DNA of 63,490 nucleotides, the filler included, from Globobulimina sp. (taxonomy: Eukaryota): assembly GCA_003354225.1 (NCBI GenBank). It is 45 parts of 45 records of this genome, joined end to end, with 100 filler letters (N's around TTAATTAATTAA, not from the genome) between each part and the next. Parts side by side here need not be neighbours in the genome. Positions count along the whole stretch, not along the records: positions 49,470 to 50,782 come from PIVH01018875.1; positions 50,883 to 52,194 come from PIVH01018876.1; positions 52,295 to 53,606 come from PIVH01018877.1; positions 53,707 to 55,018 come from PIVH01018878.1; positions 55,119 to 56,430 come from PIVH01018879.1; positions 56,531 to 57,842 come from PIVH01018880.1; positions 57,943 to 59,254 come from PIVH01018881.1; positions 59,355 to 60,666 come from PIVH01018882.1; 37 more parts are not named here. One strand, given 5' to 3'. Positions 49,370-61,776 of this stretch are shown here, one piece after another (position 1 is the first letter of the stretch; the number at the start of each line of letters is the position of its first letter). A program made the translations under genes and the position numbers. The notes under the pieces are model-generated. The model was given only the letters and a program-made list of their open reading frames with translations. It had not been told where the DNA came from and did no database searches.

Positions 49370-51224
49370 NNNNNNNNNNNNNNNNNNNNNNNNNNNNNNN
49401 NNNNNNNNNNNNNTTAATTAATTAANNNNNNNNNNNNNNNNNNNNNNNNNNNNNNNNNNNNNNNNNNNNGAGACAGAAAAAATGAAGGCTTAATTGGGTA
49501 TTGACAATTAGAATCTGACGAGTAAATTTGTAGTCATATTAGTGTTAGGTTTTTGAAAGTTTCGAAGTAAACGGGCAGTGTAAAAAGGGTTGTGAAAAAT
49601 TTTGAATTTTGGTGAAAAAATTGATTTTTGTAGTTTTTGTTTTGGTTTAGCAGAAAGTATCGTTGTTTTGTCGTAAAGGGGCTGGAACCCTAAATTGAGT
49701 TGAAAATGTGCAGAGATTTTGTAAATGTTATTTTTGTGGTCAACTGCGGGTTTAAATTTTACCCATTGTAGTAAAAAGATGAGAATCGGATGGGCCGCAG
49801 TGGATTAAAATTGGGTTGGCCTGGGTAACCGATCTCATCGACTAAAAGTCTTAGTCTTTCGATGTAGCATTGCGTTTTTATGTAGGCGCACAACAATTTG
49901 CTTCTTGCTTCCCTACATACCGTTTCTAAAAAGTTGAAAATTGAGTGAAAAAGTCAGTTTTTAGACAGAAAATCGAAAAGGGTTTTAAAAGTCAAAAGTA
50001 TGAATGTGTAAAAGTTGTTAGTTGAAGTAAAGTATGAATGAGGAACCGGACTGTTGAGCATTTGACAGTAAAGGTCAAAGAATGAATGATGTATAAATCA
50101 ATTGAATGTTTTGATTGGCTGGCATCCAAGTTAGTTGTATGTAAACATGTCAGTGCGAATAGCGACTGAGTTTTTAAATGGAATGATGTGGATGTGAAAT
50201 GACAATAAATTGTAAGTCATAAAATGTAATTTTGTAGAGTAATTGAGTAATGTATAAAGTGATAAAAGTACGCATAAAAGTACTGTACAAAGTTTGAATG
50301 TCAGTACTGTACGCAATTATAATCGATCAGAAGTATGTACATACATTTGTTGTATCTGGAACCGACTATGATCTTTAGGAAAAGAGAGATTATGAGGGGG
50401 AAGGATTATGTACAAGTAATAATTACAGTACCTATTCTAGTCAGTACATACAGTAACAGTACGTGGAAACTACAGTATCGCCTGGAGGGCGTAGCCGAAA
50501 TTTTAGTTAAATTTTTAGTTAGTTTTGGTTTAGTTTAGTTGAGTTAGAAGTTTTGAAGTGTAAATATTGTATATTTGTATTGTAAAAGCAGACGTAAACA
50601 GCAAGTACATACAGTAAAAAGTACATACAATCAGTACATACAGATACAGGAGCGCAGTAATAGACCGTAAACAGCTGGCAGTTGTTGCCGCTTGTGTTTT
50701 TAGATTTTAGATCAAAAGGAAGACCATTGAGACCGTAACACTACCAAAACCAGAAATGGGTACAAGTTGATCGTACCACGCTNNNNNNNNNNNNNNNNNN
50801 NNNNNNNNNNNNNNNNNNNNNNNNNNTTAATTAATTAANNNNNNNNNNNNNNNNNNNNNNNNNNNNNNNNNNNNNNNNNNNNGTAAGGGGTTGTTCTTAT
50901 ATTGCGCAATATCAATTGGACCTAGGACCTTATCCTTAATTGCAATTGGTACAAAAACGGAGTCGCCTATATCGAATTAATTATCGATCTTCAGTATTTA
51001 AAACCCCACCGCTCTCTACAGTGCACACCATAGACCCGGTGCCATATTATAGCAGAGTAGCAGCGTGTTGCTAAGAAAAAACAATCTAGAACACAATAAA
51101 TAGATTGGGTCTCTACAATATGCTAAATTAATGGATGATTTTTCCGACTAAAAGATTTATTTAATTTCAGTTCGAAAGGGAAAAAAATCAAAAATCGTAT
51201 TTACACCATAAAAAAAAACAATGT

Positions 51225-52194
51225 TTAATTTTTCCTTTTCGCAGCTTGTCTATTTAAAAATATTTCCATTCCTTCTTCAAAACTACCAATATAAATATTT
51301 GTTTGAGGTAATATCTTGCCATGATTTTCAAATACTTTCGTATAGATTGCAATTTTACCATTTTCACCTTTCCCAGATTTTTCAAGAATTTCCTTACCAC
51401 CAAGACATTGAATAGTACCATAATTTATAAATAACTTACAACAAATAAATATTGAGCCACCTGATGAGCTCAATGACCCATCACTTGACAATATGCCATA
51501 ATTAATAAAATGATCGCTCACATATAAATCAATAATCCCACCACCTTTAAAATGTTTTTTCCCCGTTATACCACATCCAAATATCAAATCTTTCAAATTT
51601 TCTCGACCAACATAGTTAGCACCAAAATAATAATCGTCATTCTCATTTGATTTATTTACTTTTCGTTTTGCATTTCTTTTCTTTTTTCTTTTGTCCTTTT
51701 TCTTTTGCCCCTCACCTTTACCATACTTTTTCATTTGACACATCAATGCATCCAAAACACACCAAATCAATGCATTCAATGGTGATACGGCCACCTTCCT
51801 TTGTATCAGAATACCATGCTTTTGGATATAATTTTGCGCTGTGCTCAATTCGTAAAAAACCACACCGACAAAGTTTATCTCTGTCCAACTGATAAAAGGA
51901 AGCAATATTCACTGCTTTCTGTTGTGCGAAGGATACGTTTTTTAATACAGATTCATATTTGTCTTTGGTCCGATCCACTTTAATTAATATCTCATACGAC
52001 AATATTTCTTTTCCTTCAAACTCCCATAAACATATCTTTGTTTCTAATGATTTCTCTCTAAATTTGAAATCTGATTTTATTTTCTTTATTTTATCATGAA
52101 TATCTAAATAGGAATATGATAATCGCCAACAAACTCTGGGTAAAATGTCATTAAATGGCTCAATCCTTCCATTTGTATATCTCATTGTTGCCAT
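51225..52194 (-). pseudogene. Gly-rich beta-repeat protein (GG.I.I.C..F.N.G.I), frameshifted near 51728
   Basis: The repeat motif is split between ORF 51718..52194 (GGRITIEC..GCIDVS) and ORF 51225..51905 (GGSIFICC..FENHGKI) at an A-run. Confidence 0.6.
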
Positions 52195-52294
52195 NNNNNN
52201 NNNNNNNNNNNNNNNNNNNNNNNNNNNNNNNNNNNNNNTTAATTAATTAANNNNNNNNNNNNNNNNNNNNNNNNNNNNNNNNNNNNNNNNNNNN

Positions 52295-52672
52295 ACTCTT
52301 ATTAATCTATATTCCATCTCATATCTTCTTGTTTTAATTAGCATTCAACAAAATGATATTTAAACGCTAACTATTTTGACATTTTACATTTATGGGATAA
52401 GACTATATCGATATTACATTTATGAGATAATAGTAACGCTCAATTTCAGCCATCACTGACATTAATTTATATTTTGCACGTGATATTTTGTAATCAATAT
52501 GACATTTTTTGTCAAATATTAATAAGCGTTACTATTATTAGTATATAGTTTTAGTGGAACACAAATCTTTCCCATAAATGTAAAATGTCAAAATAGTTAG
52601 CGTTTAAATATCATTTTGTTGAATGCTAATTAAAACAAGAAGATATGAGATGGAATATAGATTAATAAGAGT
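52295..52672. repeat. Perfect 103-bp inverted repeat starting at contig edge
   Basis: 52295-52397 is the reverse complement of 52570-52672; inner 14-bp inverted repeat at 52427 / 52525. Confidence 0.92.
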
Positions 52673-52981
52673 AACCATATTGATTATTGCATGAATGTCT
52701 AATCACTTTAATACTTATTGATGTGTGACCCACACTGATATCCACTCGAAAGTATGGATAAAAAATATTGTATGATATTTATATTGCGCAATATCATCGG
52801 GGTTGATAATAAGAGGGAGTACCGTGTGAGGCCGGAAACGGAGCAGCAAAAATCCCCTATCACCATTCAGCTTAAGTGCCGATTAAATCGCATTCTCCTT
52901 TATTACTATAATCAATATGTGCTTTCTTATCAAATCTTCTCTACGCATATCTTCTTTTTTTGTTTTTTTCTGTCAGGCTAT

Positions 52982-53079
52982 AGGCATTTTTGTTTTATCG
53001 TGAAAATCTATTTTCTAAGGGAAAAAAAACTGATTTTTTCTGTTTAAAAACAGATTTTTACGATAAAGCAAAAATGCCT
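52982..53079. repeat. 33-bp imperfect inverted repeat upstream of the MFS gene
   Basis: 52982-53014 versus 53047-53079, 3 mismatches. Confidence 0.8.
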
Positions 53080-53139
53080 TATGAAAGCACGATCAGTATC
53101 CAAATAAATTCAAAGTAACCCAACTTACCCCGCTCCTAT

Positions 53140-53606
53140 ATGTTGAATAATGTTAGCCTCTCATCGGTCTCGGACAAAACACCTGTTATGCACGAGTCAA
53201 TCAGTAAAAGTTACACGCTGCAAATTGCACATGGAATGAAACCGGCGGCAATAGGTTTTTGGACGAAATACAAACATATGTTAGCGTATGCATTATTATT
53301 ATCGGCACAAGGCGCTCTGGAAACATTTAGTTCTGCGCTATTTGTTGAGTTTACGACTCAATTAAATGTTGATACAGCTGTGATTGCATTAATATTCACA
53401 GTAAAATCAATATCATTTGCAGTATCCGCCATATTTTGTGCATTTGTTATCGATACATTTAGAAATACACATTATTTTGTATCATTAAGTACATTTTTAT
53501 CCTGCATAACAATTACATTAATACCATATATTCACATCGTGTCTGTAATGTATATCGAATTTATAATTATTGGCTTCTCGCTCGGTGTGATGTTTGTATG
53601 TCTGCC
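53140..53606 (+). CDS. Major facilitator superfamily transporter, N-terminal part
   Basis: Four TM helices in MFS spacing (AFVIDTFRN loop, IIGFSLG). Confidence 0.8.
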
Positions 53607-53706
53607 NNNNNNNNNNNNNNNNNNNNNNNNNNNNNNNNNNNNNNNNNNNNTTAATTAATTAANNNNNNNNNNNNNNNNNNNNNNNNNNNNNNNNNNNNNN
53701 NNNNNN

Positions 53707-54280
53707 CTATAAAAGTATTATTTGTTATATCGTTTTTGACACATACTGGCAATGCAGATTCTTTCTGGTCATGTTTTTGATGAAACCGTGCAATGTCAAT
53801 ATCCAATAACTTATTATTATCGTATGTGATTTCATAATATAACGTAACAAATTCAATTTGCAATCTGCTTTTGTTTGTTTGTGGCAAAGATAACAGTTTG
53901 AATGACCAATTTGAAAATTTGTAACAAAATTCAAACTCACATTGGTGCAAAAAAAATTTATGCTCAACGTAGTTATTGTTGATAGCTAACCAAAATGTTG
54001 TATGACAGTTTTGTTTGTCTTCATTTTCGTGATAAAATAATACACAAAGTTTTATTATGTCAAATGGAATCAAATGTTGCTTGTTAAATATCAACATATT
54101 CATTTTATAAATGTACATGTAAATATATCCAAAAACCAATTTATTTGCTTCTAAAATTCCGATCACATGATTTGTTTCCAGTATATTTTTGATTGAATGG
54201 TGACTCTCCTGACCGAGTGATCGTTGTGTTCTGTTACTATTTGCTTTCTTTTTTTGTTGAGAGCGTCGTTTGTGAGACAT
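53707..54280 (-). CDS. Hypothetical protein of an expanded protist family, 3'-truncated
   Basis: ATG start and LVFGYI...IPFDIIKLCVLFY F-box-like motif. Confidence 0.65.
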
Positions 54281-54385
54281 GGTGAAAATGTATATGATGA
54301 TAGATTAAAATAGAGGGATTAAAATAGTGCATTAGGCATTTTTGCTTAATTTAACAGTGACAATCAGTGTGCACAAAAGATTGAT

Positions 54386-55018
54386 ATGAATTCAAGTACG
54401 GCAAAAACAAACAAAAAAGTGCCTGACAATAAATCGAAACAACGCAGTGGAGTTAGTGGACTGCCACGGTTAGGTTTGGTGATATCTTGGTTCATTAGAA
54501 GCATATCGAATGAATTAGCATTCATATTCGAAAATGTTGAGCAGATAATACAAGAATATGCTAAATATCCTTGGGAAATTTTGAATGCAGAGTGTTTAAA
54601 ATGTTCAACTAACATATGCATCAACATAGATTGTAGTGATATTAATTTTAAAACAACTATAGATTCTCCATATAGATTCTCCGGTGCCTCAGGCGCAGGT
54701 TGGTGTGCTTCGAGTGTTGGATTCAATGAAGGTGTCCATGTTTGGAAAATTAAATGTAATGAAGCAACGTTTGATAGTATTGGGATTATTACAAACATTG
54801 AAGGATTTGTACAAGCGGGGAGTTGGGCATTTGACGAGAAAAAATCTGGCATAACATACCAATGCTTAAATAATGTCACATTTCCTCATTGGGATTATGG
54901 CGGAATATACGAATTTAAACATTCAAAAAATACAAAACATCAACAAGTTGAGGCAAAATGGAATAGAAATGATATTATTGAGGTGATGCTTGATTGTGCC
55001 TCATGGGAGTTATCATAT
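54386..55018 (+). CDS. SPRY/B30.2-like domain protein, 3'-truncated
   Basis: GFNEGVHVWKIKC...SIGII...NDIIEVMLDC..WELSY. Confidence 0.8.
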
Positions 55019-55118
55019 NNNNNNNNNNNNNNNNNNNNNNNNNNNNNNNNNNNNNNNNNNNNTTAATTAATTAANNNNNNNNNNNNNNNNNNNNNNNNNN
55101 NNNNNNNNNNNNNNNNNN

Positions 55119-56234
55119 GTAGTAGTAGGAGCAAGGGAATTGGAGGCCTCCTTCTTTCATAACGATGACAATGCCACGGACAATGATGATAATAATGTAC
55201 AAATGATAACATTGGAAGCATTATTATCTATGCATATGACCAAAGGCCGCATCTTGATTGAGATGAAATTGTTGCGTGAGGCGCTCGATTTGTATACGTA
55301 TATTATCAATGAGTGCGAGGCCTTGATTAAGTACCATTCGTTGATCAATCCGCACCACTTTCAGTTGGAAGTAGAGTACGATAAATACGATACGTATGAG
55401 GAGGAGCCCAATGACGCCAATGATATGCAGCATATCCATGGGGATATGAACGTGAATATGAATATCAATATGAATATGGAGGAGAAGAACAACAATGAGC
55501 GACCGGAACGAAATGGGAATCGGCGTAGACGGCGGAGACGAAGTACAAATGCGGCAAACCCGCATCATGACCATCCTCAAAATCAAAACCAGCCCCAACC
55601 ACCACCAAACACTCCGTATCGACGGTTGACCAAAAACATCGGTTTGGAGAATTATTACGCGGCGCGCGGCGATATTTTTTTTAAGTTTAAGGACTTGAAA
55701 AACGCGCTGAGAGACTTTAGCAATGCGATTAAATATGGAAAGTGCAAGAAGGAGATGGGGATTTATTATAATTTGCGCGGAGTGTGTTTCCACGAAATGA
55801 AGCAATATGAGCGGGCATTGAAGGACTATGACAATGCGGTCAAGTCCATGTACGGCAATCACGTGGCGTGGAACAACCGCGCCGCGCTGTTGGTGGATAT
55901 GCGACAGTACGACGATGCCATCGAGAATGCGAACAATGCGATAAAGTTGGACCCGTCGTACGGCAATGCGTACAAACATCGCGGTGTGGCGTACCATTTG
56001 AAGGGGAAGTTTGAGAGCGCCATAACTGACATCAATCGGTGTATTAAGCTGTTGCCGAATTATAGGCCGGCTCGCTTGGCCTTGTTGGCGATCTGGAAGG
56101 ACATCTTTGAGTGTGTGCGAGTGGTGAATATCGGGGAAGGCGTCCCCTTGGATCTGGTCAAGATTATGGTTGATTATACGGTGGGGAATGGATACGAGAT
56201 CGATGAATATATGGTGAATTTCACATATTGTTGA
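55119..56234 (+). CDS. TPR-repeat protein, 5'-truncated
   Basis: YYAARG..ALRDFSNAI, YYNLRG..ALKDYDNAV, AWNNRA..AIKLDPSY, AYKHRG..AITDINRCIKL. Confidence 0.93.
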   Translation, partial: VVVGARELEASFFHNDDNATDNDDNNVQMITLEALLSMHMTKGRILIEMKLLREALDLYTYIINECEALIKYHSLINPHHFQLEVEYDKYDTYEEEPNDANDMQHIHGDMNVNMNINMNMEEKNNNERPERNGNRRRRRRRSTNAANPHHDHPQNQNQPQPPPNTPYRRLTKNIGLENYYAARGDIFFKFKDLKNALRDFSNAIKYGKCKKEMGIYYNLRGVCFHEMKQYERALKDYDNAVKSMYGNHVAWNNRAALLVDMRQYDDAIENANNAIKLDPSYGNAYKHRGVAYHLKGKFESAITDINRCIKLLPNYRPARLALLAIWKDIFECVRVVNIGEGVPLDLVKIMVDYTVGNGYEIDEYMVNFTYC

Positions 56235-56530
56235 GTATTATTTTATTATTTATTATTATATATTATATTTATTGACTGCTTCTTCTTCCTCGCCATATTA
56301 TTGTCATATTTTAAGATTTGATTTTGTATATTTTAATTGTTGATTTTGGTGGATTTCTGATCTGACAAAGACGATATACGCTATGTTTGAAATGTTTTAG
56401 GGTATATTTGTATTAATTTGTTTTTTTGTTNNNNNNNNNNNNNNNNNNNNNNNNNNNNNNNNNNNNNNNNNNNNTTAATTAATTAANNNNNNNNNNNNNN
56501 NNNNNNNNNNNNNNNNNNNNNNNNNNNNNN

Positions 56531-57842
56531 TGTTTTTGTACAAATAGGATAACGGTACGACGATATATTTAATATAAAACAAGTCTTAATGCGTTGCTTT
56601 ATAATGCTTACAGGATTTGAAGATGATGAGGATATCGCCGAGGAACTTAACGAAACTGATCCCGATGACTGTACATTAACAGATTTCGACGATGAATTCC
56701 CGTTTGACTCCATCATGAAAGATGACAATGAAAAAATTGAAACAATTTTCACTGTTTTAAAATATATCGCAAAACATGCCTCATATCCGCCACCACCACA
56801 GAAAGCACAAAAAAGCACACCATATAAACCGATAAATGTAACATTAGCGCTGAAGATGTGTCATGGGATAACAACTGGTGATATTGAGAGGGCAGTACAC
56901 AAATACTCTCAAATGGACTGTCTCAGTCCATATTTGAAAAAGGATAATAATTTAAAGTATGAATACTACATTGCTATGATGCATATGTTGTTTTTGCAAT
57001 AAATATTGTAACTGAGCACAGATGGTTTTTCGCAGTGGGTGAAAAATGTAAATATCCCTTCTTGACCTATATGGTCGATACGTATACCAGAGATAAAGCA
57101 AAATATTTCCAAACAACAAGAAAAGCACTAACAATCCGTGAATGGGCAGCAAATAATAGATTTATGGCAAAATTAAGTATCAAATATCCAGAGATTGGGG
57201 AAAATTTGCAAGCAGCGATGCTAAATTACTCCACTCGGATTATGCGAAGGCTTTTATTCACGCCAACCTATAAAATCAATGACGACATCAAGGAAATATG
57301 TGAATACGTTTCGGCGATTCCCGCATTTATTAATAAATTGATGGATGAGTTGAATGGAGGGGCACCATTTCAGATTGATTTATACATCGCAGTCAAGAAA
57401 GTAACAAAACAAGTGTTGGACGGTGAGGACGATGACGATGATGAGGATGAAAAAAAGGATGTGAATAAGGATTATATTGGTGATGTTCAGCATAATTTGG
57501 ATAATTTTCCAGTTGCATCTTATTTTCGAGACAATAAGGAAACGCCAATTGTGAGGGATTTAGGGCAGAAATGGGCGAATTTTAGAACCAAATTAAGTGA
57601 ATTTAATGTGAGCTGCATTAGCGATGAGGACGACGATGAAAAAAAAATCAAATACAATGCAGAAACATATCCGCGAAATAGAAGATTTTGTGTTTTTGTT
57701 GATCGGAGGGAAAATATTGTAAAAGGTCGTGATGATAAAATCACATTTTTTCAACCTCCGAATAATTGTAATAAAATTAAGAATGGTCGGGTTCCAGAAA
57801 TTGGGTTTGAACTACTTGTTAAATGTCTGTTGCCGCGACGAA
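56531..57842 (+). CDS. Hypothetical acidic protein, internal fragment; probable intron 56957-57021
   Basis: 65-bp GTATGA...CAG intron joins the two long ORFs in frame (NNLK-WFFAVGEK). Confidence 0.7.
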
Positions 57843-57989
57843 NNNNNNNNNNNNNNNNNNNNNNNNNNNNNNNNNNNNNNNNNNNNTTAATTAATTAANN
57901 NNNNNNNNNNNNNNNNNNNNNNNNNNNNNNNNNNNNNNNNNNTAAAGAAAATAAAAATTGAATGTAAATAACAACTAATTTCTTTACAA

Positions 57990-59243
57990 ATGGTCCAGCG
58001 GTTGCCGCTGGTTTGGAAACAAATGGGATTTCGATTAAACAATGAATTAATATCAATAATTAAAGCTCATCCATTATTATTACAAAAAACAGAACAAAGA
58101 TCCAAAAGTGGACTCGAACAAACCATTTTAGACAGATTGATTAAAGAATTGCATGTCGTTGAATTATTAAATTGGTATAGAGTCTGTCATTCACAATTTG
58201 AAATTGTTGAACATTTATTTAAGTTAATATCAGTTCAAATTAAATTTGATACAAAATACGATCAAGTTGGCATTAATGATGAAGCATGTTTTGTACACAC
58301 TGAATACAAATTGATTAATAAAACTCAAAAACAAGACATATATTTTAAATATAATGAGACTGTATTTGTAAATTATAACCAAAAATACCAAATACAGATA
58401 AAAAACAATGCACTGTTTGGTGATGAATATTTTGAATTGCAGCAAATTAATAATAAAAAAAATAATTTTAAACGTGCATTAACCGATTGTTTTATTGTTA
58501 AAAATAATCAATCGATCATGTTACAAAATGTTGAAGATATCCCAATTAAATTACTTGCCAACTTTTCAAAATATAGATTTTTAATCAGTGGATATGAACA
58601 CAAATATTATCCACAGGAGTTTGTATTTAATACATTCAAACAATTTAATATCCCGTTACAATTTTCATTTACCAATCATTTATTTGTTCAACTTCAATCA
58701 TTCAAATATCCATATCACAAAATTAAATCCTTTCGAACAGAGTTTTCAAGATATATATTACGAAGAGATACTCCGTTGTATGTCGACAATTTGATAAACG
58801 TTAACGTTGATAAATTTTCCACCCTCCAAATATATTGCTCGTCAACAATCATTATTTGTAAAAGTGGTGAAATAAATATTTATAAAAATATCGATAATAA
58901 TAACATATCACAACAAAGATTAATTCAATTAGTATCATCACAAGATATTGAAATTGATGGCACTTTAAATGCAAATGGAGGCACAATAGTATTGTCATCA
59001 TGCAATAAAATAAGAAACAATGGGAAAATATTATGCGGCAAAAATGGAAACCTATTGATTTCTTGTAAATCATTTGAAAATCATGGAACAATTGACACCA
59101 AACCGATCATCACAAACGAGGCAATTTGCCATAAAGTTGAAAAATATTTATCGGATAAAACAAACAAAAACGTTTCCGATAATAATGCACAAATTGCACA
59201 GCAAAGCAAAAACTTGATGTCTTGCTCAAAATTGCGTCTTTAA
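57990..59243 (+). CDS. Hypothetical protein with C-terminal Gly-rich beta repeats (same family as 51225..52194)
   Basis: GTLNANGGTIVL..NNGKILC..LLISCKSFENHGTI. Confidence 0.7.
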   Translation: MVQRLPLVWKQMGFRLNNELISIIKAHPLLLQKTEQRSKSGLEQTILDRLIKELHVVELLNWYRVCHSQFEIVEHLFKLISVQIKFDTKYDQVGINDEACFVHTEYKLINKTQKQDIYFKYNETVFVNYNQKYQIQIKNNALFGDEYFELQQINNKKNNFKRALTDCFIVKNNQSIMLQNVEDIPIKLLANFSKYRFLISGYEHKYYPQEFVFNTFKQFNIPLQFSFTNHLFVQLQSFKYPYHKIKSFRTEFSRYILRRDTPLYVDNLINVNVDKFSTLQIYCSSTIIICKSGEINIYKNIDNNNISQQRLIQLVSSQDIEIDGTLNANGGTIVLSSCNKIRNNGKILCGKNGNLLISCKSFENHGTIDTKPIITNEAICHKVEKYLSDKTNKNVSDNNAQIAQQSKNLMSCSKLRL

Positions 59244-59354
59244 TTTCCGCTCTANNNNNNNNNNNNNNNNNNNNNNNNNNNNNNNNNNNNNNNNNNNNTT
59301 AATTAATTAANNNNNNNNNNNNNNNNNNNNNNNNNNNNNNNNNNNNNNNNNNNN

Positions 59355-60245
59355 GAAAATGCCAGGGTAAAAATTCTTAATATCGGGCCGCTATTTAAAC
59401 AGGGCATCGTGCTTGAAGCCGGTAAATATCATATTGAAATATCCAAAAGAAGATATGTGAAGAAACGATTGTGGATTGACATAACGGGTGGAGAAAAGAC
59501 ACTGGATATTCAACTGACGTTTATACCCTTTTTCATTGAAGGAAAAAATGCAATTAACTCCATCGATATGAAATTTGTAAAGATTAAGCCTGACACGTTT
59601 ACAATGGGGAGTCCTTTAAACGAGCCCGGGAGAAAAAGCGATGAATTGCCGCACGGTGTAACATTATCAACACCCTTTTACATGCAGAAAACGGAAGTCA
59701 CCCAGGGGCAATGGAAGGCTGTGATGAAGGACAACCCGTCTCATTTTGACGATTGCGGCGATAAATGCCCGGTGGAGCGGGTGTCCTGGAGCGATGTTCA
59801 GATATTTATCGGCAAGTTGAATTATACGGAAAAAACAAAAAAATACAGACTTCCCACAGAGGCTGAATGGGAATATGCATGCCGTGCCGGTTCGTCCAAT
59901 AAAGATCGGTTTTATTTTGGAAATGATGTAAATGCACTGGGGAAGTATGCATGGCACCAGGAAAATTCCAAATCAAAGACCCATCCAAAAGCGCTGAAAA
60001 AACCAAATGCATGGGGACTGTATGATATGCTGGGCAATGTCTGGGAATGGTGCCAGGACAGATACTCAAGTTATCCAAGCAACCACGCGACTGATCCCGA
60101 AGGGCCGAAAAACGGAACTGAAAGAGTGTTCAGGGGTGGGGCATGGAATCTTGTTCCCAGTGCAATGCGTATCGCGCATCGCGCATATATAGGCCCTGAA
60201 GAGCGTCTGCGACTTCTCGGGTTTCGTTTGGTGAGAGATATTTAG
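59355..60245 (+). CDS. Bacterial PEGA + formylglycine-generating enzyme (FGE-sulfatase/SUMF1) domain protein, 5'-truncated
   Basis: FTMGS, TEVTQGQW, PVERVSW, YRLPTEAEWEYACRAG, PNAWGLYDMLGNVWEW, RGGAW, LGFRL; intronless with higher GC. Confidence 0.95.
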   Translation, partial: ENARVKILNIGPLFKQGIVLEAGKYHIEISKRRYVKKRLWIDITGGEKTLDIQLTFIPFFIEGKNAINSIDMKFVKIKPDTFTMGSPLNEPGRKSDELPHGVTLSTPFYMQKTEVTQGQWKAVMKDNPSHFDDCGDKCPVERVSWSDVQIFIGKLNYTEKTKKYRLPTEAEWEYACRAGSSNKDRFYFGNDVNALGKYAWHQENSKSKTHPKALKKPNAWGLYDMLGNVWEWCQDRYSSYPSNHATDPEGPKNGTERVFRGGAWNLVPSAMRIAHRAYIGPEERLRLLGFRLVRDI

Positions 60246-60768
60246 TCTCTCATGTCTATAAGAAACTTCATTCAGGCAGGCTTATGTCTTTTGCAGTAAA
60301 CAAGTGTATTGATTTTGGACACATATAACTATCTGCAATGTAAACAATATTTTTGTTGAGTAAAATTGAGTGTGCATATTGTAGACAGCTGTTGCGGTTC
60401 CGGGCACATTTTTCAGATATAATATAATACGTATTGTACTTTGGAAATAGGTTGACGAAAAGGTGTATTCCGGTTTTGTTTTTCAAATTATTTTTGCTTT
60501 CACGGATAACTCAGCAGCTCTTCCCGGGGGGATGAATCCCGGAATGAAAATGTATAAGTTGTATTAAACCAACAGCAGGTATCACGCAAAAATCATATAC
60601 AACTCCGGCGACCTATTGAATTTAAGAAGCGGGAACAGAAACTCCGACATTCCAGCCATTTTATCCNNNNNNNNNNNNNNNNNNNNNNNNNNNNNNNNNN
60701 NNNNNNNNNNTTAATTAATTAANNNNNNNNNNNNNNNNNNNNNNNNNNNNNNNNNNNNNNNNNNNNCC

Positions 60769-61776
60769 ACAAATGCATCGATAGAGGCAATTTTAAAATA
60801 TGTGAAGAAAAGGAATCCGGCCAAAGGATGTGATACTATCCCGGCGACGGTAGACATTGTGTTGAATATAGTCAGATATATACTTACATTCAAAGTATAT
60901 TATCGGCTGAATTTCTTATCTGATTTGGAAAGAGAAATGAAGAAACACTGGCTATCGTTCCCGAAAATATGGATTAATAAAGAAAGATTATATTGGTATT
61001 GTTTTGCAATATCAATTTTGTTTGTAGGCATTTTGGGATTGAGAGGTGCTGAATGCTATGAAAATAAATTGAAAGAATATGAAGGATATGGGATCTATAT
61101 ATCCGATTTGACTTTCTTTTGGAAGGAGAGGGGAACAAAGAGATTATATGCAAGCAATAGATATTCATTGGCTGTGGAATATTTACATCATACTAGGATC
61201 AGATTAAGGAACTCAAAATCCGCAACCAAAGGGCAGGATGTGTTTTTACGTTTAGGTAGAACGTATAAAGAAATTGATCCGGTGATAATTATGTATCATA
61301 TATATAATATACAAAGATTTAATTTAAGAAAAATATACAAATATAAGATAAGAAAGAGATTTATCTTCCAAACTCCCCAAAGAGATTGGACGTTAACAGC
61401 GGTAAAAAAGAATTGGATGGCAATAATTGAGGAGTTAGGATTTATTGAAGGAGAGAAACATAGATTTCATGGTTTGCGTAAAGGCTTTGCAACTACCCTC
61501 ACACAAAAGGGAGTGCTTAGAAGCATAATAGCATTTGCAGGTAGATGGAAACTATTGGCAGCATTAGATCTATATATCATACATACACAGAAAGATATGT
61601 TTGGTTTGGCATTGATATATTTATATGGTGAAAAGATAAATAATGAATGTATAGATTTAGATTTGGCAGAATGCGATATGGTAAAAAATTTACCCAATGA
61701 TAAAACTAAAGTATTATCATTACAATTCTTCAAAGATTATCAGAGACAATTAACAAATGATAGTATTGAAGATTAG
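60769..61776 (+). mobile_element. Tyrosine recombinase of DIRS-like retrotransposon type, 5'-truncated
   Basis: Catalytic set intact: LGLR(GAE), NSKS, HGLRKG.AT, AGRW, LDLYI. Confidence 0.88.

Noticed and set aside
49470..50782. Genes or RNA in a strand-skewed contig with AGTACATACAG motifs
   Set aside because: Only short ORFs and scattered short repeats; nothing supportable.
55224..55997. 257-aa antisense ORF
   Set aside because: Shadow of the GC-richer TPR gene.
60500..60666. Riboswitch (c-di-GMP-I-like) downstream of the FGE gene
   Set aside because: Only short inverted repeats; the conserved GNRA/receptor architecture is not evident.
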